64,000 nt of DNA from Haliotis rubra (taxonomy: Eukaryota): assembly GCF_003918875.1 (NCBI RefSeq), contig NW_025765324.1, forward strand, positions 1 through 64,000, in the 5' to 3' direction. The position numbers were made by a program, and so were the translations under genes. Shown here in pieces: positions 52,078-63,501 of this stretch. The notes below the pieces were generated by a model that did no database searches, had not been told where the DNA came from, and saw nothing but the letters and a program-made list of their open reading frames with translations. Numbering within the stretch: position 1 is the stretch's first letter; every line of letters begins with the position of its first letter.

Positions 52078-52229
52078 ACTCATAGAAATGAATGAGGGAA
52101 CACATGAAAGTACAAGTGTTCCTTTATTTAATTCCACTCACAGTGCAATACATACCTTGTGAGGAAAACTTGGAAAAGAATAAAGGAACACTTGTACTTT
52201 CATGTGTTCCCTTATTCGTGTCCATGAGT
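52078..52229. mobile_element. Short foldback element/MITE with 33-bp perfect inverted repeat
   Basis: GGGAACACATGAAAGTACAAGTGTTCCTTTATT (52096-52128) and its reverse complement (52179-52211), with imperfect outward extension. Confidence 0.7.
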
Positions 52230-53342
52230 TTATCAATGTAGACTCGTTAAGTGCCTGAATATTTATAGTTTTGCAAGTAACAATTAATCCCATTTGAATT
52301 AGGCACAAGTGAGATGTGTAATCTAGGTTTGCTTCATTAAATTATATATTTAAGTTTATGTTATTGTCTGATACTTTCTTATCAAAGTTAGGTTTAATGT
52401 GTTTTAAGATGTTTTATCGTCGCAAATGTTTAAAGCATATTTCAACTCGTTCAAACTAGTCATTATATATCATATTTAATTATTTTATGTGTCTATATTA
52501 ATGTACTGTTATCTTACCTTTCTGAAAATATGTATATTTTACAGTTTGACAACGTGTCTCCTCGGCCTATTGAGGCCCTGCATAATCAATGTTTATCTTT
52601 GTATATTTGCTATGTGTGTTAACCTTGTAATTTTATGCTGACACGTAAATAAACAATTCATTCATTCATTCATATCACCGCAGCTAGGGTTCAACAGATA
52701 AGCAATTGTTACATATTAGAACCCCACATCAACATCCCTCAAACTAGTCTAGAAAATCATGTTCTATCTGTAGTCACTAGCATAGACTGTTACTGTGTAT
52801 ACAGTGGAGCAAAAACAAATATATACCTTCGTGTGAGATGTTTAATCGGCGGTGATGAAAATTTGGAGATTGTACGTGCGCATTCTACCACGGTGCTTAT
52901 TTCACGCACAGGTACGCCAGGCTTAGTCTGTCTCAGTCCCTGAACCATATTATTTTCCCTACAGCCTAGCCCTTAGTCTGTCTCACAGTACCTGAACCAT
53001 ATTATTTTCCCCAATGCTTAGCACTCCCTGCAATGCTAAAGCCCTAAATAAAGCAAGTCTAGATTTCCTCAGGTTCAGGCTGAATCTCTGGTCTTCCTGG
53101 GGCTCCTTTTAATTTAAATGGGTTTGTTTGTTACTGATCAAAATGAAACATACAATTTATGGATGACAACCTAGTTATCGCTAGACGTCTCGATTTAGAT
53201 TCTTACAGCGTTATCAAGCTAAATTAACGACTTAATATCGGTGTATGAATTCAACATTGAAACGTCGCTCTAGATTTCCGATATCTGATCTGCCCCTTTA
53301 TATAACAACTGCTGCCTTTCAATTTAAATTTGTTTACACACT

Positions 53343-53345
<3 letters not shown>

Positions 53346-53393
<48 letters not shown>
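53346..53393. repeat. (CA)n microsatellite
   Basis: ~24 CA units. Confidence 0.95.
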
Positions 53394-53399
<6 letters not shown>

Positions 53400-54965
53400 C
53401 CAGCATGAACAGTTGAATTACTACTGCGTCTACATCGAGGACACTTGTTCTTTTCTCAAACCCCAATCCCGACCCCGCACTGACATCACCCTTTACCCAA
53501 TCCCGGCCACGTCAAACGCCCCCCACCCCAACCTTCCACGCACCCCCTCCTCCCCCGACTGTTTTGTAACGCAAGGTGTGACGTTTTGATGACAACGTTG
53601 ACCACAGCCAAGATTCCTGCTGTCCCGCACCCCGCTGCTTCTCACAACCGAGGGGAGATGGGAACAGATATGTGGTAACTAAACCCCATAAATTACAAGA
53701 TTGGACACAAACTGGACACATTGGAACAACTGTCGTAAACAGGCAGTCACGGGCAATTTGGCTGTATAAACATATTGTAGGTGTCATTCAAATTGGATTA
53801 TCAGGAGTTGGGATGAAGGATCTCCCGTTGTCAGTCTCTTACAGTTATACAAGCAAGACTTTAAACAAGCACATCCCATCTTTCAACATACTCTCACAAG
53901 GGAAGTCTCTGGTGTCAGATGTGTCATAAAACCGACCTACATTTTTTCCCCATGCACTATCTATCTATCTAATCTAGCTATCTAGCTAGCTATGCCGGTA
54001 TATAATACACGTATTGATACAACTTCGAACAGGAAGTATATGAACGTATCGCTGCATTTGTATAGCTATTCCATTTTGCATGGCAAGTTTTCCATACGGC
54101 CGATAATGTGATAATGCTAAAACGAGCCACCATGGTCTCCAGATTGACATCTGAAGATACACGTATATACACTGCATAAGAAACACAAGAAACTATTCCT
54201 TTCAGTTGATTTCATAATAGGGATCGTGTGGTTGCAAATACACTATAGCCCAGAGAGAGAGAGATTTGTGTGTGTATGTGTGTGTGTGTATTGGGGAGAG
54301 GAGATACGCTAGATGTATATTTGGGGTAGCGTGCCGTGGGGCAGGTGTAGGGATGGGACGCAAGGGAGGGAGGTTTATTGCGTTAGAGGGGACAATTTGA
54401 GAGAATGCAAGATTAATTTGTATTAAGGCTGACATCATCAGCTCCCACGGGGCACGTCCTCTACCTCGCGTGTGTCACCTCAGTGACGACACCCAGATAG
54501 CATTCGGACGTTGTCCCAACGTTGGCAATGTTGGCACAGTCGTTAAACGTAATATTCTTATTGACCCAAAATATTATACAGCGATCTTAAAGTTCAAAGT
54601 ATGTATAAATAATTCACTTGTTAAAACCGGCCATAGGAATATTGTAGCGAAACAACTTGATCGTCTATGGGAACATTACTACTCTTATTCAGTTGCACTT
54701 GAATATTCTTTTTATTTCCATCTTTGACAGAAAATCTTCATATTTACCAAATAATCTACCAAAATATACACTGAAAAGTAATTAGGCCGTCACACATTCG
54801 GAGCAGTGCTGAATGCGGTGTTAAATAACAAGCATTTGAGCGGTTAGAGAGATCTTACAAAAACATATCGAGATGTATTACTGAAATATCCAGTGATGAA
54901 GGATCAGATAATGATACAGACATAGTTACTATAATACATCCCTCATGACATGCTGTCATCGTATC

Positions 54966-55207
54966 ACCCGTGAAGGTCCGGGTTAGAATATTGGCCTTCA
55001 GTAACCCATGCTTGTCGTAAGAGGCGACTAACGGGATCGGGTGGTCAGCCTCGCTGACTTGGTTGACACATGTCATCGGTTCCCAATTGCGCAGATCGAT
55101 GCTCATGCTGTTGATCACTGGATTGTCTGGTCCAGACTCAATTATTTACAGTCCGCCGCCATATAGCTGGAATATTGCTGACTGCGGCGTAAAACCAAAC
55201 TCACTCA
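54966..55207 (+). mobile_element. Headless SINE-like element (ACCCGTGAAG family), full length, perfect TSD
   Basis: TSD CTGTCATCGTATC at 54953-54965 and 55208-55220; (TCAC)n tail. Confidence 0.9.
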
Positions 55208-55299
55208 CTGTCATCGTATCACATAATTAATGTAAATGTGTTACAACAAAGTTAATAAAATAATGAAAACTTTTGAAATAGTGAACACGACTAAATGTA

Positions 55300-55760
55300 A
55301 TTTATCTACCATGAATAAACTCCAGTCAAAATGTGAAGACATGTTCAAGCATTCATTAAGTGATTCTCCTACATCAAATAACAAATTAAGAACATACAGA
55401 TTGGTGAAGTCATCTATAAAACTCGAGAATTAAAGATTGCATTGTTAAAACAAAGCTCAAAAATAACATTTCTCAAAACTACGGTTGAGTAATCATAAAC
55501 TCAAAACTGAAACTGGAAAATATGCAAAACCTGCAACCCTGTTAGAACAACGTATCCGTGAAATGTGTAATGTCTTAGAAGATGAGCTACACCATGTAAT
55601 ATCAAAGAAGGAGAATCACTACTACAAACAATGCTTAATCATGATCAAGAATTTGCTACACTCTCTAAAAAAAGAACAATTCTTGACAATTTTCACAAAT
55701 AGAAGTCCTGAAACAATTTCCAAAATATGTCATCATATTTACAGTTTAAATGAATTCTGT
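55300..55760 (+). pseudogene. Degraded 3' end of a non-LTR retrotransposon ORF2
   Basis: KLRTYRLVK...ISKLRLSNHKLKTETGKY...LEQRI..MC..LEDELH resembles the post-RT C-terminal motif of invertebrate LINEs. Interrupted by stops; AATAAA at ~55966. Clade not assigned. Confidence 0.75.
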
Positions 55761-56266
55761 GTATTACCATAGTATTACCATTCTGTGCATTACCATAGCA
55801 CCCATATTGTTTCCATATCATTATACTACATATGATTTGTGAAATTGTTCTAATGAACATCATTTACATGTGAAATATATCTGTATTTCAATATCTTTGT
55901 TCCCTTCCGTGTTTATATTTATAGTTTATAGAATATTGCCACTGTTCCTTCGTGGAGTGCTATGCAATAAATATCTCAACTGTTTAGAGACTTGTGTAAG
56001 TCTACGTTTTCCCTTCCACGCAGCCCTTTCTGCAATGATAAAACCCTAAATGGAGTCTAGATCTCCCCAGGTTCTGAATCTCTCATCTCACTGAAGCTCC
56101 GTTTTAATCTAGAAGGTATTATTTGTTTCTATCAAAATTATGTATATTCATTTACGGAAGCGTTATGTTGTATAGTGTCCAGAGCGCCGCCTGTTGAAAG
56201 TCCGTCACGCACTGGTGCCCAGTACCATCAGATATCCCCGTGTCTCACGTGCAAGTCATGGGCATG

Positions 56267-56636
56267 GTGCTCCCGGTGCAATAAAACCACTGTTATACAA
56301 TTCCCGGCCGCCGTAATTGCCGGGTCTGTCGCAAAGAGCCAAGAGATATCAGACTGCATATCTGAGTTTTGTTTATTTGTCTGGGAGAGAATATACTCGA
56401 CTCTGACCATGTGTTTTGCCCTCAATATGCAAACTGGGTTCTATGTCCGCGTGCTCCCGGTGCCATAAAACCACTGTTATACAATTCCCGGCCGCCGAAA
56501 TTGCCGGGTCTGTCGCAAAGAACCAAGAGATATCAGACTGCATATCTGAGTTTAGTTTATGTGTCTGGGAGAGAATATACTCGACTCTGACCATGTGTTT
56601 TGCCCTCAATATGCAAACTGGGTTGTATGTCCGCGT
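56267..56636. repeat. Two-copy 184-bp tandem duplication
   Basis: ATAAAACCACTGTTATACAATTCCCGGCCGCCG at 56281 and 56465; few substitutions. Confidence 0.9.
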
Positions 56637-56820
56637 GGGGCGGTAAAAGTGAGTGAGTGAGTTTAACATGACTAACCGATCACATTGGGTCGTTGTATAT
56701 ATAAAAAGACACAGTTTCATTGCACAAACACCCTTGATGATGGGCGAAACAGAGTATTGTGTAACTTCTTTGAGAGGCATGTAGAAGATGGACCAGTAAA
56801 GAAGGATAACAATATATAAA

Positions 56821-56953
56821 TGAACAACTTCTGTATTACAGTGACGGAGCGACGTACCGGCGTTGGTTCCAACAGGGAGACTATATGTTGTAGAGTATCC
56901 CTGGTTCCAACCTCCACCGAACGTCGCTCTCACTGTAATACCGAAGTTGTTCA
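56821..56953. repeat. Long imperfect hairpin / foldback
   Basis: TGAACAACTTCTGTATTACAGTGA...TCACTGTAATACCGAAGTTGTTCA with inner pairings GAGCGACGT/ACGTCGCTC and CAGGGA/TCCCTG. Confidence 0.8.
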
Positions 56954-57183
56954 GCCCTGTGTTGTCATCCCTCCTTACAGTATTTTGTAGTAGAGCATTA
57001 TATTATAACAACTTCGACAGCACAGAAAGGCCTGTCCTCTGAGGATTTTGATATGTTCAGAGTCATATGGGTGGAAAAATGTGAAACTAGTGCATACATC
57101 ATCACCCATCATTTATAATCGATGGTTATCATGGCCCGACTCTCAATCCATATATCGACGTTAAATAAATGAAATGAAACTAA

Positions 57184-57215
57184 GTGACTGACTGACTGAC
57201 TGATTTTTCTCTCTT

Positions 57216-57264
<49 letters not shown>

Positions 57265-57295
57265 GCAACCTACTCACTCACTCACTCACTCACTC
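57184..57295. repeat. Compound microsatellite (TGAC)n-(CT)n-(TCAC)n
   Basis: Direct inspection. Confidence 0.9.
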
Positions 57296-57781
57296 GAAGA
57301 ATTACAGTTTAGATATGTGTCACTGTTACCCACAATCAATGACATAGGTCAGGACGTTGCCTCACATCTCTGTAGGAAGCGCAACATGCGGGGGCGGACT
57401 GCTTGACGGGGTGGTCGCATTGTCCAAGGTCACACAGCCCAGCACTCCTCCGCCTGCACGTACTCACCACCATCCTGTGTATGACTGGAATGCAGATGCT
57501 CGCTGATACAGTACAAGTTCAATTTAGATAAAAACTATCCCCGTTTCTACACGTTGTCATGGTATTAGTACAGGCGCTAACAACCCTGACCTCACGGATA
57601 CAATGCGGTCAGAGGTCGATACACCAGGAGTCTGAGATCCCGATCCTTCTGCTCCAAGTCGTCCTGCGAGAGCGGTGCTGTGACACATTCCACGACTCAA
57701 AGATTACCTTTGCCCTGCTCAAACTAATGACAAAGCAACACATACATATGGATGCGCCTTTAAACATGCTGCACACATCTA

Positions 57782-58345
57782 CACAAAGAACTTAATTAAG
57801 CAACCCCTGTGTTTTTGCAATGGTAGGTTTTCAACACGTACATAAAACTTCTCATGGTGACCACGATGGAAAAACATGGGGTTTTCTGACCCGTATGATC
57901 CCTTGACTCATAACAAAATCATTGGAATCCATGTTGATTTTATGATAATTGTTCATTTTAAAAACACACACTGATTTTGATACAAAACCATGTCAAGTAT
58001 GGCTCTGGAATGTCTGACGCTGAATTTATGAGTGAATGTGAACATTCAAAATGTCATTTTGCGTGTCTTAAACGATTCAAGGTCAATGCCGAGTGTAACC
58101 TCAATGTGACTGTATGGCAGCCAGCACTCTCCTCTTCATACCTCCTGTCAGCCTCCTGATCCTCAGAAGGGCCAGACTGCGCCATTCCTCGTGTAAATCA
58201 GCTTCCAACGGGCCAGGTTCTGTACACGAGGGTCCCATTGTTGCACACAACGACCAATCATATTCCAGATATGCTCAAACAGGTTAAGATCGGGATTCAT
58301 TCAATTGTGCGATATGTCAGGGGGTGCTTAACTAAGTTCTTTGTA
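57782..58345 (-). mobile_element. Internally deleted Tc1-like DNA transposon with transposase C-terminal remnant (58083-58295)
   Basis: 28-bp TIRs CACAAAGAACTTAATTAAGCAACCCCTG / CAGGGGGTGCTTAACTAAGTTCTTTGTA flanked by TA. Minus strand reads SPDLNLFEHIW...(frameshift)LHEEWR...GMKRRVLAAI...GYTRH*, matching the Tc1 SPDLNPIEHLW...SMPRR...GGxTKY region. Confidence 0.88.
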
Positions 58346-58477
58346 TATATTATTAATTTCTTTTTAAATTCACGAAAACCGTTTTTCCCGTGAAGGTTGT
58401 GAAAATGATTCACAGGTATATACGCGATGCTTTTATACAAGGAAACACTGATTTCACAAATTTCTCTTTGAGTAACG

Positions 58478-61068
58478 TGTACACTCTGACCCACACAGCA
58501 GTAGTTGGTGTACTGTCTGACTCACACAGCGGTAGTAGGTGTACAGTCTGACCCACACAGCGGTAGTAGGTGTACAGTCTGACCCATACAGCAGTAGTTG
58601 GTGCACAGTGAGACCCATACAGCAGTAGGTGTAGTCTGACCCACACAGCGGTAGTTGGTGTACAGTCTGACCAACACAGCGGTAGTAGGTGTACAGTCTG
58701 ACCCACACAGCGGTAGTTGGTGTACAGTCTGACCCACACAGCGGTAGTAGGTGTACAGTCTGACCCACACAGCAGTAGTTGGTGTACTGTCTGACCCACA
58801 CAGCGGTAGTAGGTGTACAGTCTGACCCACACAGCGGTAGTAGGTGTACAGTCTGACCTACACAGCGGTAGTAGCTGTACCGTCTGACCCACACAGCGGT
58901 AGTAGGTGTACCGTCTGACCCACACAGCGGTAGTAGGTGTACAGTCTGACCCACACAGCGGTAGTTGGTGTACAGTCTGACCCACACAGCGGTAGTAGGT
59001 GTACAGTCTGACCCACACAGCGGTAGTTAGTGTACAGTCTGACCCACACAGCGGTAGTAGGTGTACCGTCTGACCCACACAGCGGTAGTTGGTGTACAGT
59101 CTGACCAACACAGCGGTAGTTGGTGTACCGGCTGACCCACACAGCGGTAGTAGGTGTACAGTCTGACCTACACAGCGGTAGTAGGTGTACAGTCTGACCC
59201 ATAAGCGGTAGTTGGTGTACAGTCTGACCCATACAGCAGTAGTGGGTGTACAGTCTGACCCACACAGCGGCAGAAGGTGTACAGTATGACTCATACAGCA
59301 GTAGTTGGTGTACAGTCTGACCCATATAGCAGTGGTTGGTGTACAGTCTGACCCACACAGCGGATGTAGGTGTACAGTCTGACCCACACAGCGGTAGTAG
59401 GTGTACCGTCTGACCCACACAGTGGTAGTAGGTGTACAGTCTGAGCCACACAGCGGTAGTTGGTGTAGTCTGACCAACACAGCGGTAGTTGGTGTACAGT
59501 CTGACCCACACAGCGGTTGTTGGTGTACAGTCTGACCCACACAGCAGTAGTTGATGTACAGTCTGACCCACACAGCGGTAGTAGGTGTACAGTCTGACCC
59601 ACACAGCGGTAGTAGGTGTACAGTCTGACCCTTACAGCGGTAGTTGGTGAGGTGTACAGTCTGACCCACACAACATGCAGCAGTTGGTGTACAGTCTGAC
59701 CCACACTGCGGTAGTAGGTGTACAGTCTGACCCACACAGCGGTAGAAGCTGTACATTCTGACCCTCACAGCGGTAGTAGGTGAGGTGTACAGCCTGACCC
59801 ACACAGCAGTAGGTGTAGTCTGACCCACACAGCAGTAAGAGGTGTACAGTCTGACCCACACAGCAGTAGGCGTACAGTCTGACCAACACAGCAGTAAGAG
59901 GTGTACAGTCTGACCCACACAGCATGCAGCAGTAGGTGTACAGTCTGACCCACACAGCAGTAAGAGGTGTACAGTCTGACCCACACAGCAGTAGGTGTAC
60001 AGTCTGACCCACACAGCGGTAGGTGTACAGTCTGACCCACACAGTATGCAGCAGTAGGTGTACAGTCTGACCCACACAGCGGTAGTAGGTGTACAGTCTG
60101 ACCCACACAGCAGTAAGAGGTGTACAGTCTGACCCACACAGCGGTAGTAGGTGTAGTCTGACCCACACAGCGGTAGTTGGTGTACAGTCTGACCCACACA
60201 GCGGTAGTAGGTGTACAGTCTGACCCTCACAGCGGTAGTAGGTGTAGTCTGACCAACACAGCAGTAAGAGGTGTACAGTCTGACCCACACAGCGGTAGTA
60301 GGTGTACAGTCTGACCCATACAGTGGTAGTAGGTGTAGTCTGACCCACACAGCGGTAGTAGGTGTAGCCTGACCCACACTGCGGTAGTAGGTGTACAGTC
60401 TGACCCACACAGTGGTAGTAGGTGTACAGTCTGACCCACACTGCGGTAGTAGGTGTACAGTCTGACCCACACAGTGGTAGTTGGTGTACAGTCTGACTCA
60501 CACAGCGGTAGTAGGTGTACAGTCTGACCCACACAGTGGTAGTAGGTGTACAGTCTGACCCACACTGCGGTAGTAGGTGTAGTCTGACCCACACAGTGGT
60601 AGTAGGTGTAGTCTGACCTACACAGCGGTAGTTGGTGTACAGTCTGACCCACACAGCTGTAGTAGCTGTACATTATGACCCTCACAGCGGTAGTAAGTGT
60701 AGTCTGACCCACACTGCGGTAGTTGGTGTACAGTCTGACCCACACAGCGGTAGTAGCTGCACATTCTGACCCACACAGTGGTAGAAGGTGTAGTCTGACC
60801 TACACAGCAGTAGGTGTAGTCTGACCCACACAGCAGGAGGTGTACAGTCTGACCCACACAGCAGTAGGTGTACAGTCTGACCCACACAGCAGTAGGAGGT
60901 GTACAGTCTGACCCACACATCAGCAGTTGGAGGTGTACAGTCTGACAAACACAGCAGTAGTTTGTGTACAGTCTGACCCATACAGCAGTAGGAGGTGTAG
61001 TCTGACCCACACAGCGGTAGTAGGTGTACAGTCTGACCCACACAGCGGTAGTAGCTGCACATTCTGAC
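58478..61068. repeat. 31-bp minisatellite (GGTGTACAGTCTGACCCACACAGCGGTAGTA)n, block 1
   Basis: Roughly 80+ units with length variants. Confidence 0.96.
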
Positions 61069-61249
61069 CTAGTCTCTCGTACAGACCCTGAAGCAATTAT
61101 ATCCAAGAAAGCCCACGCAAGTCTAGAAAATGTGGCAAGTCTAGATTTCCTCAGCTTCAGGGCTCCTTTTCATTATATTATATTTTTCTTTACTATGAAC
61201 ATTTTTCAGTAAATTATGTTCATTTCAGAGACTAGTTGTTAGTCTAATT

Positions 61250-62446
61250 CTGACCCTCACAGCGGTAGTAGGTGTACAGTCTGACCCACACAGCATGCAG
61301 CAGTTGGTGTACAGTCTGACCCACACAGCGGTAGAAGGTGTACAGTCTGACCCACACAGCGGTAGTTGGTGTACAGTCTGACCCACACATCGGTAGTAGG
61401 TGTACAGTCTGACCCACACATCGGTAGTAGGTGTACAGTCTGACCCACACAGCGGTAGTAGGTGTACAGTCTGACCCACACAGCGGTAGCGGTGTACTGT
61501 CTAGTAGGTGTACAGTCTGACCCACACAGAGGTAGTAGGTGTAGTAGGTGTACCTGACCCACACAGCGGTAGTAGGTGTACAGTCTGACCCACACAGAGG
61601 TAGTAGGTGTACAGTCTGACCCACACAGAGGTAGTAGGTGTACAGTCTGACCACACACAGAGGTAGTAGGTGTACAGTCTGACCAACACAGAGGTAGTAG
61701 GTGTACAGTCTGACCAACACAGAGGTAGTAGGTGTACAGTCTGACCAACACAGAGGTAGTAGGTGTAGTAGTACAGTCTGACCCACACAGCGTATAGTCT
61801 GACCCACACAGCGGTAGTAGGTGTACAGTGAGACCCACATAGAGGTAGTTGGTGTACAGTCTGACCCACACAGAGGTAGTTGGTGTACAGTCTGACCTAC
61901 ACAGAGGTAGTAGGTGTACAGTCTGACCCACACAGAGGTAGTAGGTGTACAGTCTGACCCATACAGTGGTAGGTGTACAGTCTGACCCACACAGCGGTAG
62001 TTGGTGTACAGTCTGACCCACACAGCGGTAGTAGGTGTACAAGCTGACCCACACAGAGGTAGTAGGTGTACAATCTGACCCACACAGAGGTAGTAGGTGT
62101 ACAGTCTGACCAACACAGCGGTAGTAGGTGTACAGTCTGACCAACACAGTGGTAGTAGGTGTACAGTCTGACCCACACATCGGTAGTAGGTGTACAGTCT
62201 GACCAACACAGCGGTAGTAGGTGTACAGTCTGACCCACACAGCGGTAGTAGGTGTACAGTCTGACCCACACAGCGGTAGTAGGTGTACAGTCTGACCCAC
62301 ACAACAGTAGTTGGTGTACAGTCTGACCCACACAGCGGTAGTAGGTGTACAGTCTGACCACCACAGCGGTAGTAGGTGTACAGTCTGACCCACACAGTGG
62401 TAGTAGGTGTACAGTCTGACCCACACAGCAGTAGTAGGTGTACAGT
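61250..62446. repeat. 31-bp minisatellite, block 2
   Basis: Same unit; CAGAGG variant is frequent here. Confidence 0.96.
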
Positions 62447-63052
62447 TACCCATTTTGTTCTGGGGAATACACATGCAGTTGAGGGGGGTCGGCAATTTTG
62501 TACATAAAAATAATTTAAAATTATACTTACGAATTAAGGGAATGGGGGAGAGGGTGTCATTGATTTTCCACATGATATACAGGTGGGAGGGGAAGGAGTG
62601 TCACGTACTATTAGGTACATAAAATTTAGGTGGGAGTCATTCACATTGTACATAGTTCACCATAAGAATCATCACCCCCAACCTCCACCCCGCAGCCATA
62701 AATTATGCACGGTCCCTAAAATCTAGTCTCTGAAATTAACATATTTTGCAGAAAAAAGGTTTTTAAATTGCGTTAATATGATACAATAATAGCCCAGACG
62801 CATTCTTCATTTTCAGAAACTGGGCTGCATTGCCATTGGGTATATTAATTTTGTTTTCAGGGTCTGATTGACAGACTAGTACAACACCTGTTATCACTGA
62901 CATTGTTGTTGAGATTGTTTCATTGTTCGTAATTGATATCACTTTCACGTGACCGCACTTGGTACGTATCAGATGAGTCGAATGAGAAGGGAGTGATAGA
63001 TAATATTTAGTTGAACGAAATATTCGTCTGTCTCGGTGAGGAAAGTTGGGCC

Positions 63053-63304
63053 ATGTTTCTCCTGTGGGTCGCTGTGGTCACCGCCTGTACGTGTGTCCAG
63101 TTCGTGGTCTCGCAGCCTGTGTCAGGTTGTCCTTCTTACGGCTGCACACCCACAGGGTCCTTCTCCCTTCTGACGCCATCAGGAATTCCAAGGTCAGGGT
63201 TCAAGGTCGTCTGGACAACACAGCTGTCAAATTCATCTGGGACCGGAAGTCGTCTTCTCGGCTGCGTCAGTAACGACAGACATGTCGTCTGCCCGTCACA
63301 ATAG
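63053..63304 (+). CDS. Putative first coding exon (or short gene) of a secreted Cys-containing protein
   Basis: GCCATG start; hydrophobic N-terminus MFLLWVAVVTACTCVQFVVS; GC-rich coding-like composition; CPSYGC and GCVS..VVC motifs. In-frame TAG lies just before a possible GG/GTAAC donor. Confidence 0.5.
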   Translation: MFLLWVAVVTACTCVQFVVSQPVSGCPSYGCTPTGSFSLLTPSGIPRSGFKVVWTTQLSNSSGTGSRLLGCVSNDRHVVCPSQ

Positions 63305-63501
63305 TGGGTAACAAAAATTGTTTTGACTCATGTTTGAAGCATGCAAACCTATACATGTGCGATTGTATGCGTAGCTCCGTACTAGTCACCACGTTAATCC
63401 AGGTATGGCGCCAACGTGGGCCGATTCCAATATCTTTGAACACAGGTCTGTCCGTCTGTCCCAACTGGCCAGCAGTTCTGTTATATCACTAACACACTTG
63501 A

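Noticed and set aside
57340-57720. GC-richer stretch as a possible exon
   Set aside because: No convincing frame, splice pair or recognisable motif found by eye.
58478-62446. CRISPR-like array
   Set aside because: Contiguous repeats without unique spacers, no cas genes, eukaryotic context.
58410-62573. Long Cys/Thr/Val-rich ORFs up to 686 aa
   Set aside because: Translation of a stop-free 31-bp minisatellite, open in all three frames, with non-triplet unit length.
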